A DNA stretch of 64,000 bases, taken from assembly GCA_050693035.1 (NCBI GenBank), contig JBOGWB010000076.1, positions 25,069 through 89,068 on the forward strand, given 5' to 3'. Both the position numbers and the translations under genes were made by a program. Below the pieces are notes generated by a model that was given only the letters and a program-made list of their open reading frames with translations, made no database searches and was not told where the DNA came from. The DNA is from Actinomycetota bacterium (GTDB lineage Bacteria; Actinomycetota; UBA4738; CALAEC01). The stretch's first letter is position 1; each line of letters opens with the position of its first letter. Shown piece after piece: positions 56,175 to 64,000 of this stretch.

Positions 56175-56837
56175 CTAGGCCGAGGCCCGTCCTTCTTGCT
56201 CGCGGGACCGAAGATGCAGCTCCACCTTCCGCTTGATGCGCTGGAGGGCGTTGTCCACCGCCTTCAACTGCCGCTGGAGGAGCACCGCGATCTCCTGGTA
56301 GGACTTCCCCTCGACGTACAGGTGCAGGACCTCGATCTCGAAGTCCGACAGGATCTCGGCGAAGGCGAGCTTCATGCTCCGGAGCTCCTCGCTCGAGATC
56401 AGGAGCTCCGCGGGATCGGTGACCTCCTGAGGTTGGAGGACGTCCATCAGCGCGCGGTCCGGCTCGTCGTCCGTGGCCAGCGGCTTGGACAACGAGACGT
56501 ACGTGTTGAGCGGGATGTGCTTCTGCCGGGTGGCCATCTTGATGGCGGTGATGATCTGGCGGGTGACGCAGACGTCCGCGAAGGCCCGGAACGAGGTCTC
56601 CTTGGCCGGGCTGAAGTCCCGGACCGCCTTGTACAGCCCGATCATGGCCTCCTGGACGATGTCTTCCTTGTCCGCACCGACCAGGAAGTACGAGCGAGCC
56701 TTGGACCGGGCGAAGTTGCGGTACCGGGCGAGCAGACCGTCCATGGCCCGTGCGTCACCGTCCCGATACAGGGAGATGAGTTCCTCGTCCGTCTGGTCTT
56801 CGATGACGAGGAGGGTCCGAGCTCTGCCTTCTCTCAC
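56175..56837 (-). CDS. sigH: Sigma-70-family sigma factor closely resembling Bacillus sporulation sigma-H (SigH-type)
   Basis: ...YRNFARSKARSYFLVGADKEDIVQEAMIGLYKAVRDFSPAKETSFRAFADVCVTRQIITAIKMATRQKHIPLNTYVSLSKPL... is near-identical in pattern to B. subtilis SigH as I recall it; sigma-4 region SYQEIAVLLQRQLKAVDNALQRIKRKV. Confidence 0.75.
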   Translation of the reverse strand: MREGRARTLLVIEDQTDEELISLYRDGDARAMDGLLARYRNFARSKARSYFLVGADKEDIVQEAMIGLYKAVRDFSPAKETSFRAFADVCVTRQIITAIKMATRQKHIPLNTYVSLSKPLATDDEPDRALMDVLQPQEVTDPAELLISSEELRSMKLAFAEILSDFEIEVLHLYVEGKSYQEIAVLLQRQLKAVDNALQRIKRKVELHLRSREQEGRASA

Positions 56838-57001
56838 AGCCCGCTCCCGCGAACGAAGGATTCCCTCTGCCCTGCGAATGAGCGGAAACCGCAGGTCACC
56901 GCGTATTATTCCCCTTCCAGCAGGACTTACGCAAGGGTTTCGTGCGTGGCAGAAATGGACCTATGTGTACGAAGGGGACGGGTGGGTCCTGCTCGGCGGC
57001 C

Positions 57002-57751
57002 TCAACGGCCCCCGACCGGCCGGATCGCGTACCCGAAGAGGGCGACCCCGGCGGCCACCGACACGTTGAGGGACCCGACCCGGCCGCGCATGGGGATGCC
57101 CAGCAGCTCGTCGCAGCGCTCGGAGACGAGCCGGGAAAGTCCGGCGCCCTCGGCGCCGAGGACCAGGGCCAGCCGACCGGGCGGCCGCGACGAATCGAAG
57201 ATGGTGCGCTCGGCACGGCCGTCCAGCCCGACGACCCAGAACCCGCCCTCTTTCAGGAGCTCGAGGGCCCTGGCCAGGTTGGGCACTCGGGCCAGCGGGA
57301 GATGCGCCAGTGCCCCCGCGGACGCCGCCAGGGCCGCCGGGCTCACCGGAGCCCCTCGGCGACGCCGCACCACCAACGCGGAGGCTCCCGCCGCCTCGGC
57401 TGCCCTGGCGCACGCCCCGAGGTTGTGAGGGTCGGTGACTCCGTCCAGGACCAGCACCACGGCGTCCTCCTCCCATTCCCTGCTCCGCAGGTCGGATTGG
57501 GCCAGCTCCGTTCGGTCGCGTCCCAGGCGGGCGGCCACTCCCTGGTGGCGGGCTCCTCCACCCAGCCGTTCGACCTGCTCCCGCTCCACCACCGAGACGG
57601 GCACACCGGTGGCTCTCGCTTCCCGCAGGAGCTCCCGAAGCCCCGGCGTCGAGCGGGACTCCCGGGCCACCAGGACCTCGCGGGCCGAGCCCGCCCGGAT
57701 GGCCTCCAGCACGGGCCGCTTGCCGACCACGACCCCATCGGTCCCGGTCAC
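57002..57751 (-). CDS. rlmB: 23S rRNA (guanosine-2'-O)-methyltransferase RlmB (SpoU/TrmH family)
   Basis: ...VVVGKRPVLEAIRAG...VVLVLDGVTDPHNLGACARAAEAAGASALVV...LVLGAEGAGLS...GSLNVSVAAGVALF; GTG start inferred at 57751 (GTGA overlap with ispF stop). Confidence 0.8.
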   Translation of the reverse strand: MTGTDGVVVGKRPVLEAIRAGSAREVLVARESRSTPGLRELLREARATGVPVSVVEREQVERLGGGARHQGVAARLGRDRTELAQSDLRSREWEEDAVVLVLDGVTDPHNLGACARAAEAAGASALVVRRRRGAPVSPAALAASAGALAHLPLARVPNLARALELLKEGGFWVVGLDGRAERTIFDSSRPPGRLALVLGAEGAGLSRLVSERCDELLGIPMRGRVGSLNVSVAAGVALFGYAIRPVGGR

Positions 57752-58227
57752 GAGGGGCCCAGGACCACCAGGGCCAGGCACCCGGCTCCGTCCCCGGTGA
57801 GTCCGAGCCCTTCCGGGCGCGTTCCCTTCACGGAGACTCGCTCGATCGGGATCCTCAGTACCCGGCCGAGGCCCGCTCGGATCTCCTCGCGCCGAGGGGC
57901 AACCGCGGGACGTTCCGCGATCACCACCGCGTCGCAGGACACCGGGGCCAGACCCGCGCCCTGGACCATTTCCACCACCCGGGCCAGCAGATCGAGACCG
58001 GCGATGCCCTCGAGCTCCGGATCGCCCTCGCGGAAATGGGTTCCGATATCTCCCAGGCCGGCCGCGCCGAGGAACGCGTCGGCGAGCGCATGGCACACCA
58101 CGTCGGCGTCGGAGTGGCCCGCCAGCCCGGCCTCTCCCGCGAAGCGGACCCCCCCGAGAAACAGCGGCCGGTCCTCGTCCCTGGGGTGGGCGTCGAATCC
58201 GAGGCCGAACCGGAGATCAGTGTCCAT
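57748..58227 (-). CDS. ispF: 2-C-methyl-D-erythritol 2,4-cyclodiphosphate synthase
   Basis: MDTDLRFGLGFDAHPR...GHSDADVVCHALADA...; ATG at 58227 overlapping the ispD end. Confidence 0.9.
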   Translation of the reverse strand: MDTDLRFGLGFDAHPRDEDRPLFLGGVRFAGEAGLAGHSDADVVCHALADAFLGAAGLGDIGTHFREGDPELEGIAGLDLLARVVEMVQGAGLAPVSCDAVVIAERPAVAPRREEIRAGLGRVLRIPIERVSVKGTRPEGLGLTGDGAGCLALVVLGPS

Positions 58228-58960
58228 CGCTCCGGCTGAGCCGTCCCGCCAGGAGCTCCTCGACGAGCCGCAGGTCACGGAGGGTGCGGACCGGGACGTC
58301 GCCCGGATCACCGGGGATCGTCGCCACCCGGAGCCCCGTCGCCGCTCCGAGGAGGTCCCAATTCGCCGGTTGCCGGGCTCCGCCGCCGGCGCCGACCACA
58401 GCCGCCAGCGCCTCCCGGCGGAAGGCCTGGGGCGTCTGGAGGACGGCGAGCCCGTCCCTGGGGATCGTCTCGCCCACCACGCCCCCATCCACCCGCTTCA
58501 CGGTGTCCCCCACGGGAACCTGGGGCACCGCGACGTCGGCATCCTCCAACGCTCCGAGCACCGCGGCGAACAGCTCGCGTGATGCCAGAGGGCGGTCGGC
58601 GTCGTGCCACACCACCGCCTCGAAACGACGAGGAAGGGCGGCGATCCCTGGGATCAGCGACTCGAGGGCGGTGGATCCCCCGCGAACCGCGGCGAGGAAC
58701 TTGCCGGAGGACCGGGTGGCGCCGGCCGCCCGGTCCTCCATGCCTGCCGGAACGACCACCACGAAACCCTCGATGCCGGGGCAGCCGTCCACGGTTTCGG
58801 CGCAGAGCCCGAGGAGGGTTCGGCCGAGAACCTGGGCGAAACCCCAAGGCTCGTCGGACCCCCTGCCCGCCGCGGTGAGGATCACGGCGGCCGGGGCCGA
58901 TCTCGCGGCCGCAGGGCCACCCGACGGTCCCGCCTTTCCCACGCGACGCTCTCCCGTCAC
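58217..58960 (-). CDS. ispD: 2-C-methyl-D-erythritol 4-phosphate cytidylyltransferase
   Basis: ...AAVILTAAGRGS...GFAQVLGRTLL...AVRGGSTALESL... IspD layout; start within 58942-58960. Confidence 0.85.
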   Translation of the reverse strand: MTGERRVGKAGPSGGPAAARSAPAAVILTAAGRGSDEPWGFAQVLGRTLLGLCAETVDGCPGIEGFVVVVPAGMEDRAAGATRSSGKFLAAVRGGSTALESLIPGIAALPRRFEAVVWHDADRPLASRELFAAVLGALEDADVAVPQVPVGDTVKRVDGGVVGETIPRDGLAVLQTPQAFRREALAAVVGAGGGARQPANWDLLGAATGLRVATIPGDPGDVPVRTLRDLRLVEELLAGRLSRSDGH

Positions 58961-60135
58961 GTGTCGGCGGGGTCGGCAGGGTCCGGCACGCGGGCGAAGA
59001 CCATCCGTCCCGACGACGTCATCAGGACGTTCGTGACGTGAACGGCCACCTCGGACCCCACGAGCGCGCCCCCTCCCTCCACCACCACCATGGTTCCGTC
59101 GGGGAGGAAACCGATGCCCTGGTCCGCCTCACGTCCCGGCCTGGTCAGTCGAATGGTGACCTCCTCGCCGGGCACCACGGAGGCCCGCATGGCCATCGCC
59201 AGTTCGTTGAGCGAGCGGACGGGCACGTCGAGTGCGGCCGCCACGCTTCCCAGGTTGGCGTCGGTGGTGACCACCACGGCCCCCCGGTCCCGGGCCAGGC
59301 GGACGAGCTGTGCGTCGGCGTCCCCGGGGAGGCTCTCGTCCACCAGGATGACGTCCACTGCGGGAGAGCGCTGGAGCTCGTGGAGAACCCTCAGACCTCG
59401 CTGGCCCCGGGCGCGCCGGGTCGGCTCTCCGGAGTCGGCGATCCCCTGGAGCTCCTCCAACACGATCCTGGGGATCAGGAAGGTCCCCCCCAGGAACCCG
59501 GCCGTGACCACCTCCATGATCCGCCCGTCGATGAGGGCGCTGGTATCGAGGACGTTCATCTCCCCGCGGCGGATCCCCGAGGCCCGGGGCTTCAACCCGA
59601 ACAGCCCGAACAGCTCCTCCTGCTTGGCCCGCCCAACCCGATATCCCAGGAACGCGAGGAGCAGCGCGACGATGCCCGCGGTGGGGTACGCGGCTGCCGC
59701 GGGGAGCCGGAACAGGAACACGGACAGGAGGACGGCGATGAGGAGACCCAGGATGAGCCCCATGGCTCCCGCCAAGAGCTCGGACGCGGGGACCTTGGCG
59801 AAGTCCCGCTCCACGGCGGAAACCGCCACCACGGCCTTCCTGCCCAAGACGCCGCCGATCACGTAGCCAACGGCGCTCCCGAGGACGATGCCGAGCAGGA
59901 TCCGGCTCTCGCCGAAGCCCACGATCTCCCGGGCGATGCGCCATCCGCCCACGGCGAAGACGGCCACGAGGATCAGGCGAACGAGCTCGACCACGATGCC
60001 CCTGGGGGAATGTCGCCGGGCTTCGGAGGCCTCGCTCGGAGCGGGAGGCTCGGCAGGGGCAGGCTCGCCGGCACCGGACGTTCGCCTCGGGCGGGTCGCC
60101 TTGTCTGACTTCCCCTCGTTGGGCCGGGCGCTCAC
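58957..60135 (-). CDS. PIN/TRAM-domain membrane protein (YacL-like)
   Basis: N-terminal 4 TM segments, PIN domain (NVLDTSALIDGRIMEV...), C-terminal TRAM-like beta-domain (GEEVTIRLTRPGREADQGIGFLPDGTMVVVEG). Confidence 0.7.
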   Translation of the reverse strand: MSARPNEGKSDKATRPRRTSGAGEPAPAEPPAPSEASEARRHSPRGIVVELVRLILVAVFAVGGWRIAREIVGFGESRILLGIVLGSAVGYVIGGVLGRKAVVAVSAVERDFAKVPASELLAGAMGLILGLLIAVLLSVFLFRLPAAAAYPTAGIVALLLAFLGYRVGRAKQEELFGLFGLKPRASGIRRGEMNVLDTSALIDGRIMEVVTAGFLGGTFLIPRIVLEELQGIADSGEPTRRARGQRGLRVLHELQRSPAVDVILVDESLPGDADAQLVRLARDRGAVVVTTDANLGSVAAALDVPVRSLNELAMAMRASVVPGEEVTIRLTRPGREADQGIGFLPDGTMVVVEGGGALVGSEVAVHVTNVLMTSSGRMVFARVPDPADPADT

Positions 60136-60174
60136 GACACTACGGTGCGCCAGACGGCCTGCCGCTACAAGTAC

Positions 60175-60681
60175 CTAGCCGGACGCCCGGACCTCGCCGT
60201 GAGCTTCGTCGAGGACCTTGTCGATCATCGAGCCGGCCTTCTCTTCGGTGGAACCCACGGCGAAGACCAGCTCGGAGATGAGGATCTGGCGGGCCTTGGC
60301 GAGCATCCGCTTCTCCCCCGCCGAGAGGCCCTTCTGGCCCTCGCGGATCGACAGGTTCCGAACGACCTCGGCGACCTGGTACACGTCGCCCGAGCGGATC
60401 TTCTCGATGTTCGTCTTGTAGCGCCGGCTCCAGTTCGAGGGCATCCGGGACTCTTCCTCCCGGAGCACCTCCATGACCTTCTTGACGTCTCGCTTGCTGA
60501 CGACCTCCCGGAGCCCGACTTCCTCGGTGTTGTCCACGGGGACCATCAGCTTCAGGTCGCCGTACGCGAGCTTGAGGACGAAGTACTTCTTCTTCTCGCC
60601 GAGGAAATCGCGTTCCGTGAGGTCTTCGATCACTGCCGCCCCATGATGGGGATAGATAACCTTGTCCCCTTTGCGGAACAC
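60175..60681 (-). CDS. carD: CarD/CdnL-family RNA polymerase-binding transcription regulator
   Basis: FRKGDKVIYPHHGAAVIEDLTERDFLGEKKKYFVLKLAYGDLKLMVPVDNTEEVGLREVVSKRDVKKV... GTG start at 60681 with GAGGGG 6 nt upstream preferred over the longer ORF to 60768. Confidence 0.8.
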   Translation of the reverse strand: MFRKGDKVIYPHHGAAVIEDLTERDFLGEKKKYFVLKLAYGDLKLMVPVDNTEEVGLREVVSKRDVKKVMEVLREEESRMPSNWSRRYKTNIEKIRSGDVYQVAEVVRNLSIREGQKGLSAGEKRMLAKARQILISELVFAVGSTEEKAGSMIDKVLDEAHGEVRASG

Positions 60682-60878
60682 GAACACCCCCTCGTAAAAG
60701 GATCTCTGCGGGTGGAGCCTATGGTAGCACGTCGGACCCCCCTCTGGCAAATCAAAAGTGCTGGTCAAACGCCCAATCGGGCCATCCGAACCTCGGGGCC
60801 GTCTCCGTCCTCGAGCCGGTCACCCATGTCGGATTTGGGGCGTTCGCACCGGACGCCGAGAGGGGATCGGCGGCCACG

Positions 60879-62198
60879 TCAGCCCGCGGTCCGGATGCCC
60901 GCCCACGTCAGCGCGTCCCGGACGTGCCGTACCCGAGCCACCGACACCCCTGTCGGGGGGGTGGCCTCTCCCGCCATGTAGACCGTCCGGGCCCCCGCGG
61001 CGGCCGCAGCTGCCAGCCGCCGGGCCGGGTTGGGGACCGGGCGCACCGCGCCGGTGAGGCCCACCTCGCCCACGAACGCCGAGCCCTCGGGGGGCGGGCT
61101 CTCTCGGGCCGCCGAGGCCAGAGCCGCCGCCACCGCCAGGTCGGCGCCGGGATCGTCGACCCGGAGACCGCCCGCGGAGCTTCCGTAGAGCTCAGCCCGG
61201 AACAGGCCCAACCCCAGGGCTCGCTCCACCACGGCGGCCACCTGGCCGAACCTCCGGGGGTCGAGCCCGGAGACGTGGCGGCGCGGCGGGCCCGCGGTGG
61301 GCACCACCAGGGCCTGGACCTCGACGGCCAACGCCCTGCGGCCCGCGCCCACCAGGGCCTGGGCCGCTCCGGGCTCGGGTCCTCCCCCGGACAGGAGCCC
61401 GACCGGGTCGACCTCCCTGAGCCCGTCGGAGCCCAGCTCGAACCAGGCCAGCTCCCCTTCGGGTCCGAACCGGTTCTTGCCTCCGGCGAGCACCCGCAGG
61501 CCCGTCCTGGGGTCGCCGTCGAAGGAGCACACCACGTCGACGGCGTGCTCGAGGGTCCGGGGACCAGCAACCTCGCCGTCCTTGGTGACCTGGCCCGCCA
61601 GGAGTACCGCCATCCCTTCCTGCTTGGCCAGCCCCACGAGCGCGTCGGCGCACCACCTGACCTGGGCGGGCCCCCCGGCCACCGCGGGCTGGGCGGGATC
61701 CCGGACGGCCTGGATCGAGTCCACGATGAGGACGGCCGGCCGCATGGCCCGCGCGGCGTCCAGGATGGCCGGAAGCTCCCGACCGGGGACGAACGAGGCC
61801 GCCCCGGCCGGGATCCCGAGGCGCCGGGCCCGGGCAGCCACCTGAGGGCGGGACTCCTCCCCCGAGGCCAGCAGGCAGCCTCGCCCAGACCCCCCCAGGG
61901 CCACCGTGGCCTGGAGGAGCAGGGTCGACTTCCCGATGCCGGGCTCCCCCGCCACCAGAACCACCGAACCGGGGACCAGCCCCCCGCCGAGCACCCGGTC
62001 GACTCCCGGGAACCCCGTCGGCAACCGTTCCTCGGCCTCCTCCGGGCCTCCCAGCGGGACCGGGGTCACGTCAGACGCCGGGACCGGCGCTCGCTCGTCG
62101 ATCGTCCCCCAAGCGTCGCAGGAGGGGCACCGGCCGGCCCACCGGCTCACGGCGTGCCCGCAGGCGCTGCAGGCGAGGAGCTTCCTGACCTTCCCCAC
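60879..62198 (-). CDS. radA: DNA repair protein RadA/Sms
   Basis: N-terminal Zn ribbon (CSACGHAVSRWAGRCPSCDAWG), Walker A GEPGIGKST, KNRFG motif, Lon-like C-terminus. Confidence 0.9.
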   Translation of the reverse strand: MGKVRKLLACSACGHAVSRWAGRCPSCDAWGTIDERAPVPASDVTPVPLGGPEEAEERLPTGFPGVDRVLGGGLVPGSVVLVAGEPGIGKSTLLLQATVALGGSGRGCLLASGEESRPQVAARARRLGIPAGAASFVPGRELPAILDAARAMRPAVLIVDSIQAVRDPAQPAVAGGPAQVRWCADALVGLAKQEGMAVLLAGQVTKDGEVAGPRTLEHAVDVVCSFDGDPRTGLRVLAGGKNRFGPEGELAWFELGSDGLREVDPVGLLSGGGPEPGAAQALVGAGRRALAVEVQALVVPTAGPPRRHVSGLDPRRFGQVAAVVERALGLGLFRAELYGSSAGGLRVDDPGADLAVAAALASAARESPPPEGSAFVGEVGLTGAVRPVPNPARRLAAAAAAGARTVYMAGEATPPTGVSVARVRHVRDALTWAGIRTAG

Positions 62199-62243
62199 GG
62201 CCCGTGCAGCCTACCGGCCGCCGCTGACATGACCTTCGGCGGT

Positions 62244-62741
62244 TCAGGCCCCCGGAGGTGGCCCCACTATGCGGGTCCCGTGCCGGGCCCCGATCTCCGC
62301 CAGTCGTTCCACGTCGGGTGGGCCCTCCGGCGGCGGTGGGATCTCGAGACGGGCGGCCGGTTCTCCGATGTCCCGGAACAGGTCCTCGTGGCTCCCGTTG
62401 CACGGGGCCAAGAACACGATCAGCTTGGCGTCGGCCGTTTCGAACCGGAAGGCATGCTCGAGGTTCCGGGGCGCATAGGCGAACGATCCGGCGGGGGCCC
62501 GGACCTCCTCGTTCCCGAGGAAGAACGTGACCTCGCCCTCCGCCACGAAGAAGCCTTCGCCCTCCTCCTCGTGGAGGTGTACCGGGATGGCGAAGCCCCC
62601 CGGCGCTCGCACCTCGATCACCGTGCATCCTCCATCCGTCTCACCGGCCAGCGCCTTGAACGTGTACAGGCCGCCGAGGACCCACAGGGCCTCTCCCTGG
62701 CCCGGCTCGCGGACGAAGCCCCGAGTGTGAACCATGCTCAT
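62244..62741 (-). CDS. Cupin-domain protein
   Basis: ...GFAIPVHLHEEEGEGFFVAEGEVTF... cupin motif; ATG at 62741. Confidence 0.6.
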   Translation of the reverse strand: MSMVHTRGFVREPGQGEALWVLGGLYTFKALAGETDGGCTVIEVRAPGGFAIPVHLHEEEGEGFFVAEGEVTFFLGNEEVRAPAGSFAYAPRNLEHAFRFETADAKLIVFLAPCNGSHEDLFRDIGEPAARLEIPPPPEGPPDVERLAEIGARHGTRIVGPPPGA

Positions 62742-62868
62742 CACCTCACCTCCCTTTCTGCGTGGCACGCAATCACTGAACGGTTCTGTTCACTGATTCG
62801 CAGACTCTAGCTTGCCCCTCGAGGTGGTGTCAAGGGGTTCAGGGAACAGAGCTGTACACTGAATTGCC

Positions 62869-63492
62869 ATGGGCCGATATCAGCTGAAGCGGCGCGCCGA
62901 ACAGATGGAGCAGACCAGCCGGCGTATCGCCCGGGCCACGTTCGAGCTCCACGGTTCGATTGGCCCCGCGTACACCACGATCAGCGCCATCGCCGAGCGG
63001 GCGGGGGTCCAGCGGCTCACGGTGTACCGGCATTTCCCCGACGAGCTGTCGCTCTTCCGGGCGTGCACGTCGTACGGGTACCACGCTCATCCCCCTCCGG
63101 ACCCCTCGCCCTGGTGGGAGATCGGTGATCCGGACGCCCGGCTGCGCCGGGCCTTGACCGACCTGTACGGCTACTACCGGCGAACCGCGGAGATCTGGAC
63201 GAAGGTCCTGCGTGACCTCCCCCTCAAGCCCACCCTCGCCGAGGTGAACCGGCCGTTCTTCGAGCAGATGGCTCGGGTCCGCGACCGGCTGGCGGGCGGC
63301 TGGGGGGCCCGGGGGCGCAGTAAGGCCCTCCTCCGGGCCGCGATCGGCCATGCGATGGACTTCCGCACCTGGAGGTCCCTTACCGTCGACCAGGGCCTCG
63401 AGGATCCGCAGGTCGTGGAGGTCATGGCCACAGCGGCCGGATGCCTGGCTGGCGGGTCAGCGGCGATGAAGCCCTCAGGCCTCCGCGCGTGA
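62869..63492 (+). CDS. TetR/AcrR-family transcriptional regulator
   Basis: N-terminal HTH (RRIARATFELHGSIGPAYTTISAIAERAGVQRLTVYRHFPD). Confidence 0.8.
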   Translation: MGRYQLKRRAEQMEQTSRRIARATFELHGSIGPAYTTISAIAERAGVQRLTVYRHFPDELSLFRACTSYGYHAHPPPDPSPWWEIGDPDARLRRALTDLYGYYRRTAEIWTKVLRDLPLKPTLAEVNRPFFEQMARVRDRLAGGWGARGRSKALLRAAIGHAMDFRTWRSLTVDQGLEDPQVVEVMATAAGCLAGGSAAMKPSGLRA

Positions 63493-64000
63493 CGCCGCGG
63501 GGGTCCGCGCGGGCGGAATGAGGAGAAGGCCGCACAGGGCCACGACCCCTCCCACGAGGAACGCTCCCCGGAACCCGAACCCGGCTGCAACGACCCCCAA
63601 TAGCACCGGCCCGAGGCCGAACGCCACCTCGACGAAGGCGGTGAACGTCCCCACCAGGGACCCTCGCTCAGAGGAGGGTACCCCCCGCATCGCCAGCGTC
63701 ATCAGCGCCGGGAAGGCCAGAGCCTGCCCCACCGCAAGCACGACGGTGCCGACGACGACCCCGGCCGCCCCCGGCCAGGCGGCGAGGACGATCATCCCCG
63801 CCGCCGTGGAGATCAGCGCACCCAGAGACGCCCGCCGAGGGCCGATCCGGTCGGGGACGCGCGCCCCCAAGGTCCGGACCGCGATGACCACCGCGGAGAA
63901 CAGGAGGAAGATCAGCCGCGCCCCTTCCAGCCCCGCCTCGGGCGCGTGGAGAGGAAGAAACGCGAAGTACCCCGCCATGGCCACGAGGTTCGCCCACAGG
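63475..64000 (-). CDS. MFS transporter, C-terminal portion (gene continues beyond window end)
   Basis: Hydrophobic helices with ...FGRIGPRRASLGALISTAAG... MFS loop pattern; ORF open to position 64000. Confidence 0.6.
   Translation of the reverse strand, partial: LWANLVAMAGYFAFLPLHAPEAGLEGARLIFLLFSAVVIAVRTLGARVPDRIGPRRASLGALISTAAGMIVLAAWPGAAGVVVGTVVLAVGQALAFPALMTLAMRGVPSSERGSLVGTFTAFVEVAFGLGPVLLGVVAAGFGFRGAFLVGGVVALCGLLLIPPARTPAASRAEA

Noticed and set aside
1-64000. Mobile elements, CRISPR arrays, rRNA
   Set aside because: No terminal inverted repeats, transposase or integrase-like ORFs, direct-repeat arrays or rRNA-like conserved stretches were seen. The two tRNAs are not flanked by integrase genes.

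Overview
This 64 kb window is a very high-GC (about 70%), densely coded chromosomal region of an actinobacterium-like genome. I called about 70 protein genes, two tRNAs (Arg-CCT on the plus strand, Thr-TGT on the minus strand) and a few regulatory hairpins. I found no rRNA, CRISPR array, IS element or phage genes. The content is mostly housekeeping and accessory metabolism: MTHFS–FmdB–MTAP, UppP, TldD/PmbA, standalone GroEL with a CIRCE operator, RadA–CarD–PIN/TRAM–IspD–IspF–RlmB, Glu dehydrogenase, a compatible-solute island (GpgS + HAD phosphatase, TreT, OtsA, OtsB), and an ABC-uptake locus with a TPP enzyme, cupin and aminotransferase. It also carries an unusually rich signalling complement. 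The signalling genes include a full stressosome-type RsbR–RsbS–RsbT module whose phosphatase gene appears to fuse an RsbX-like and an RsbU-like PP2C domain in one ORF, next to an ECF sigma factor and a STAS protein. There is also a two-component pair followed by an HD-GYP phosphodiesterase, a giant LPXTG-anchored DUF11-repeat surface protein and a secreted CAP-domain protein. Three orphan receiver proteins, an Rrf2 regulator divergent from a DUF4395–thioredoxin pair, and a Firmicutes-type SigH-like sigma factor next to rlmB complete the set. Many long ORFs in the six-frame track are antisense shadows typical of high-GC DNA and were rejected. Gene starts are often GTG/TTG and are approximate.
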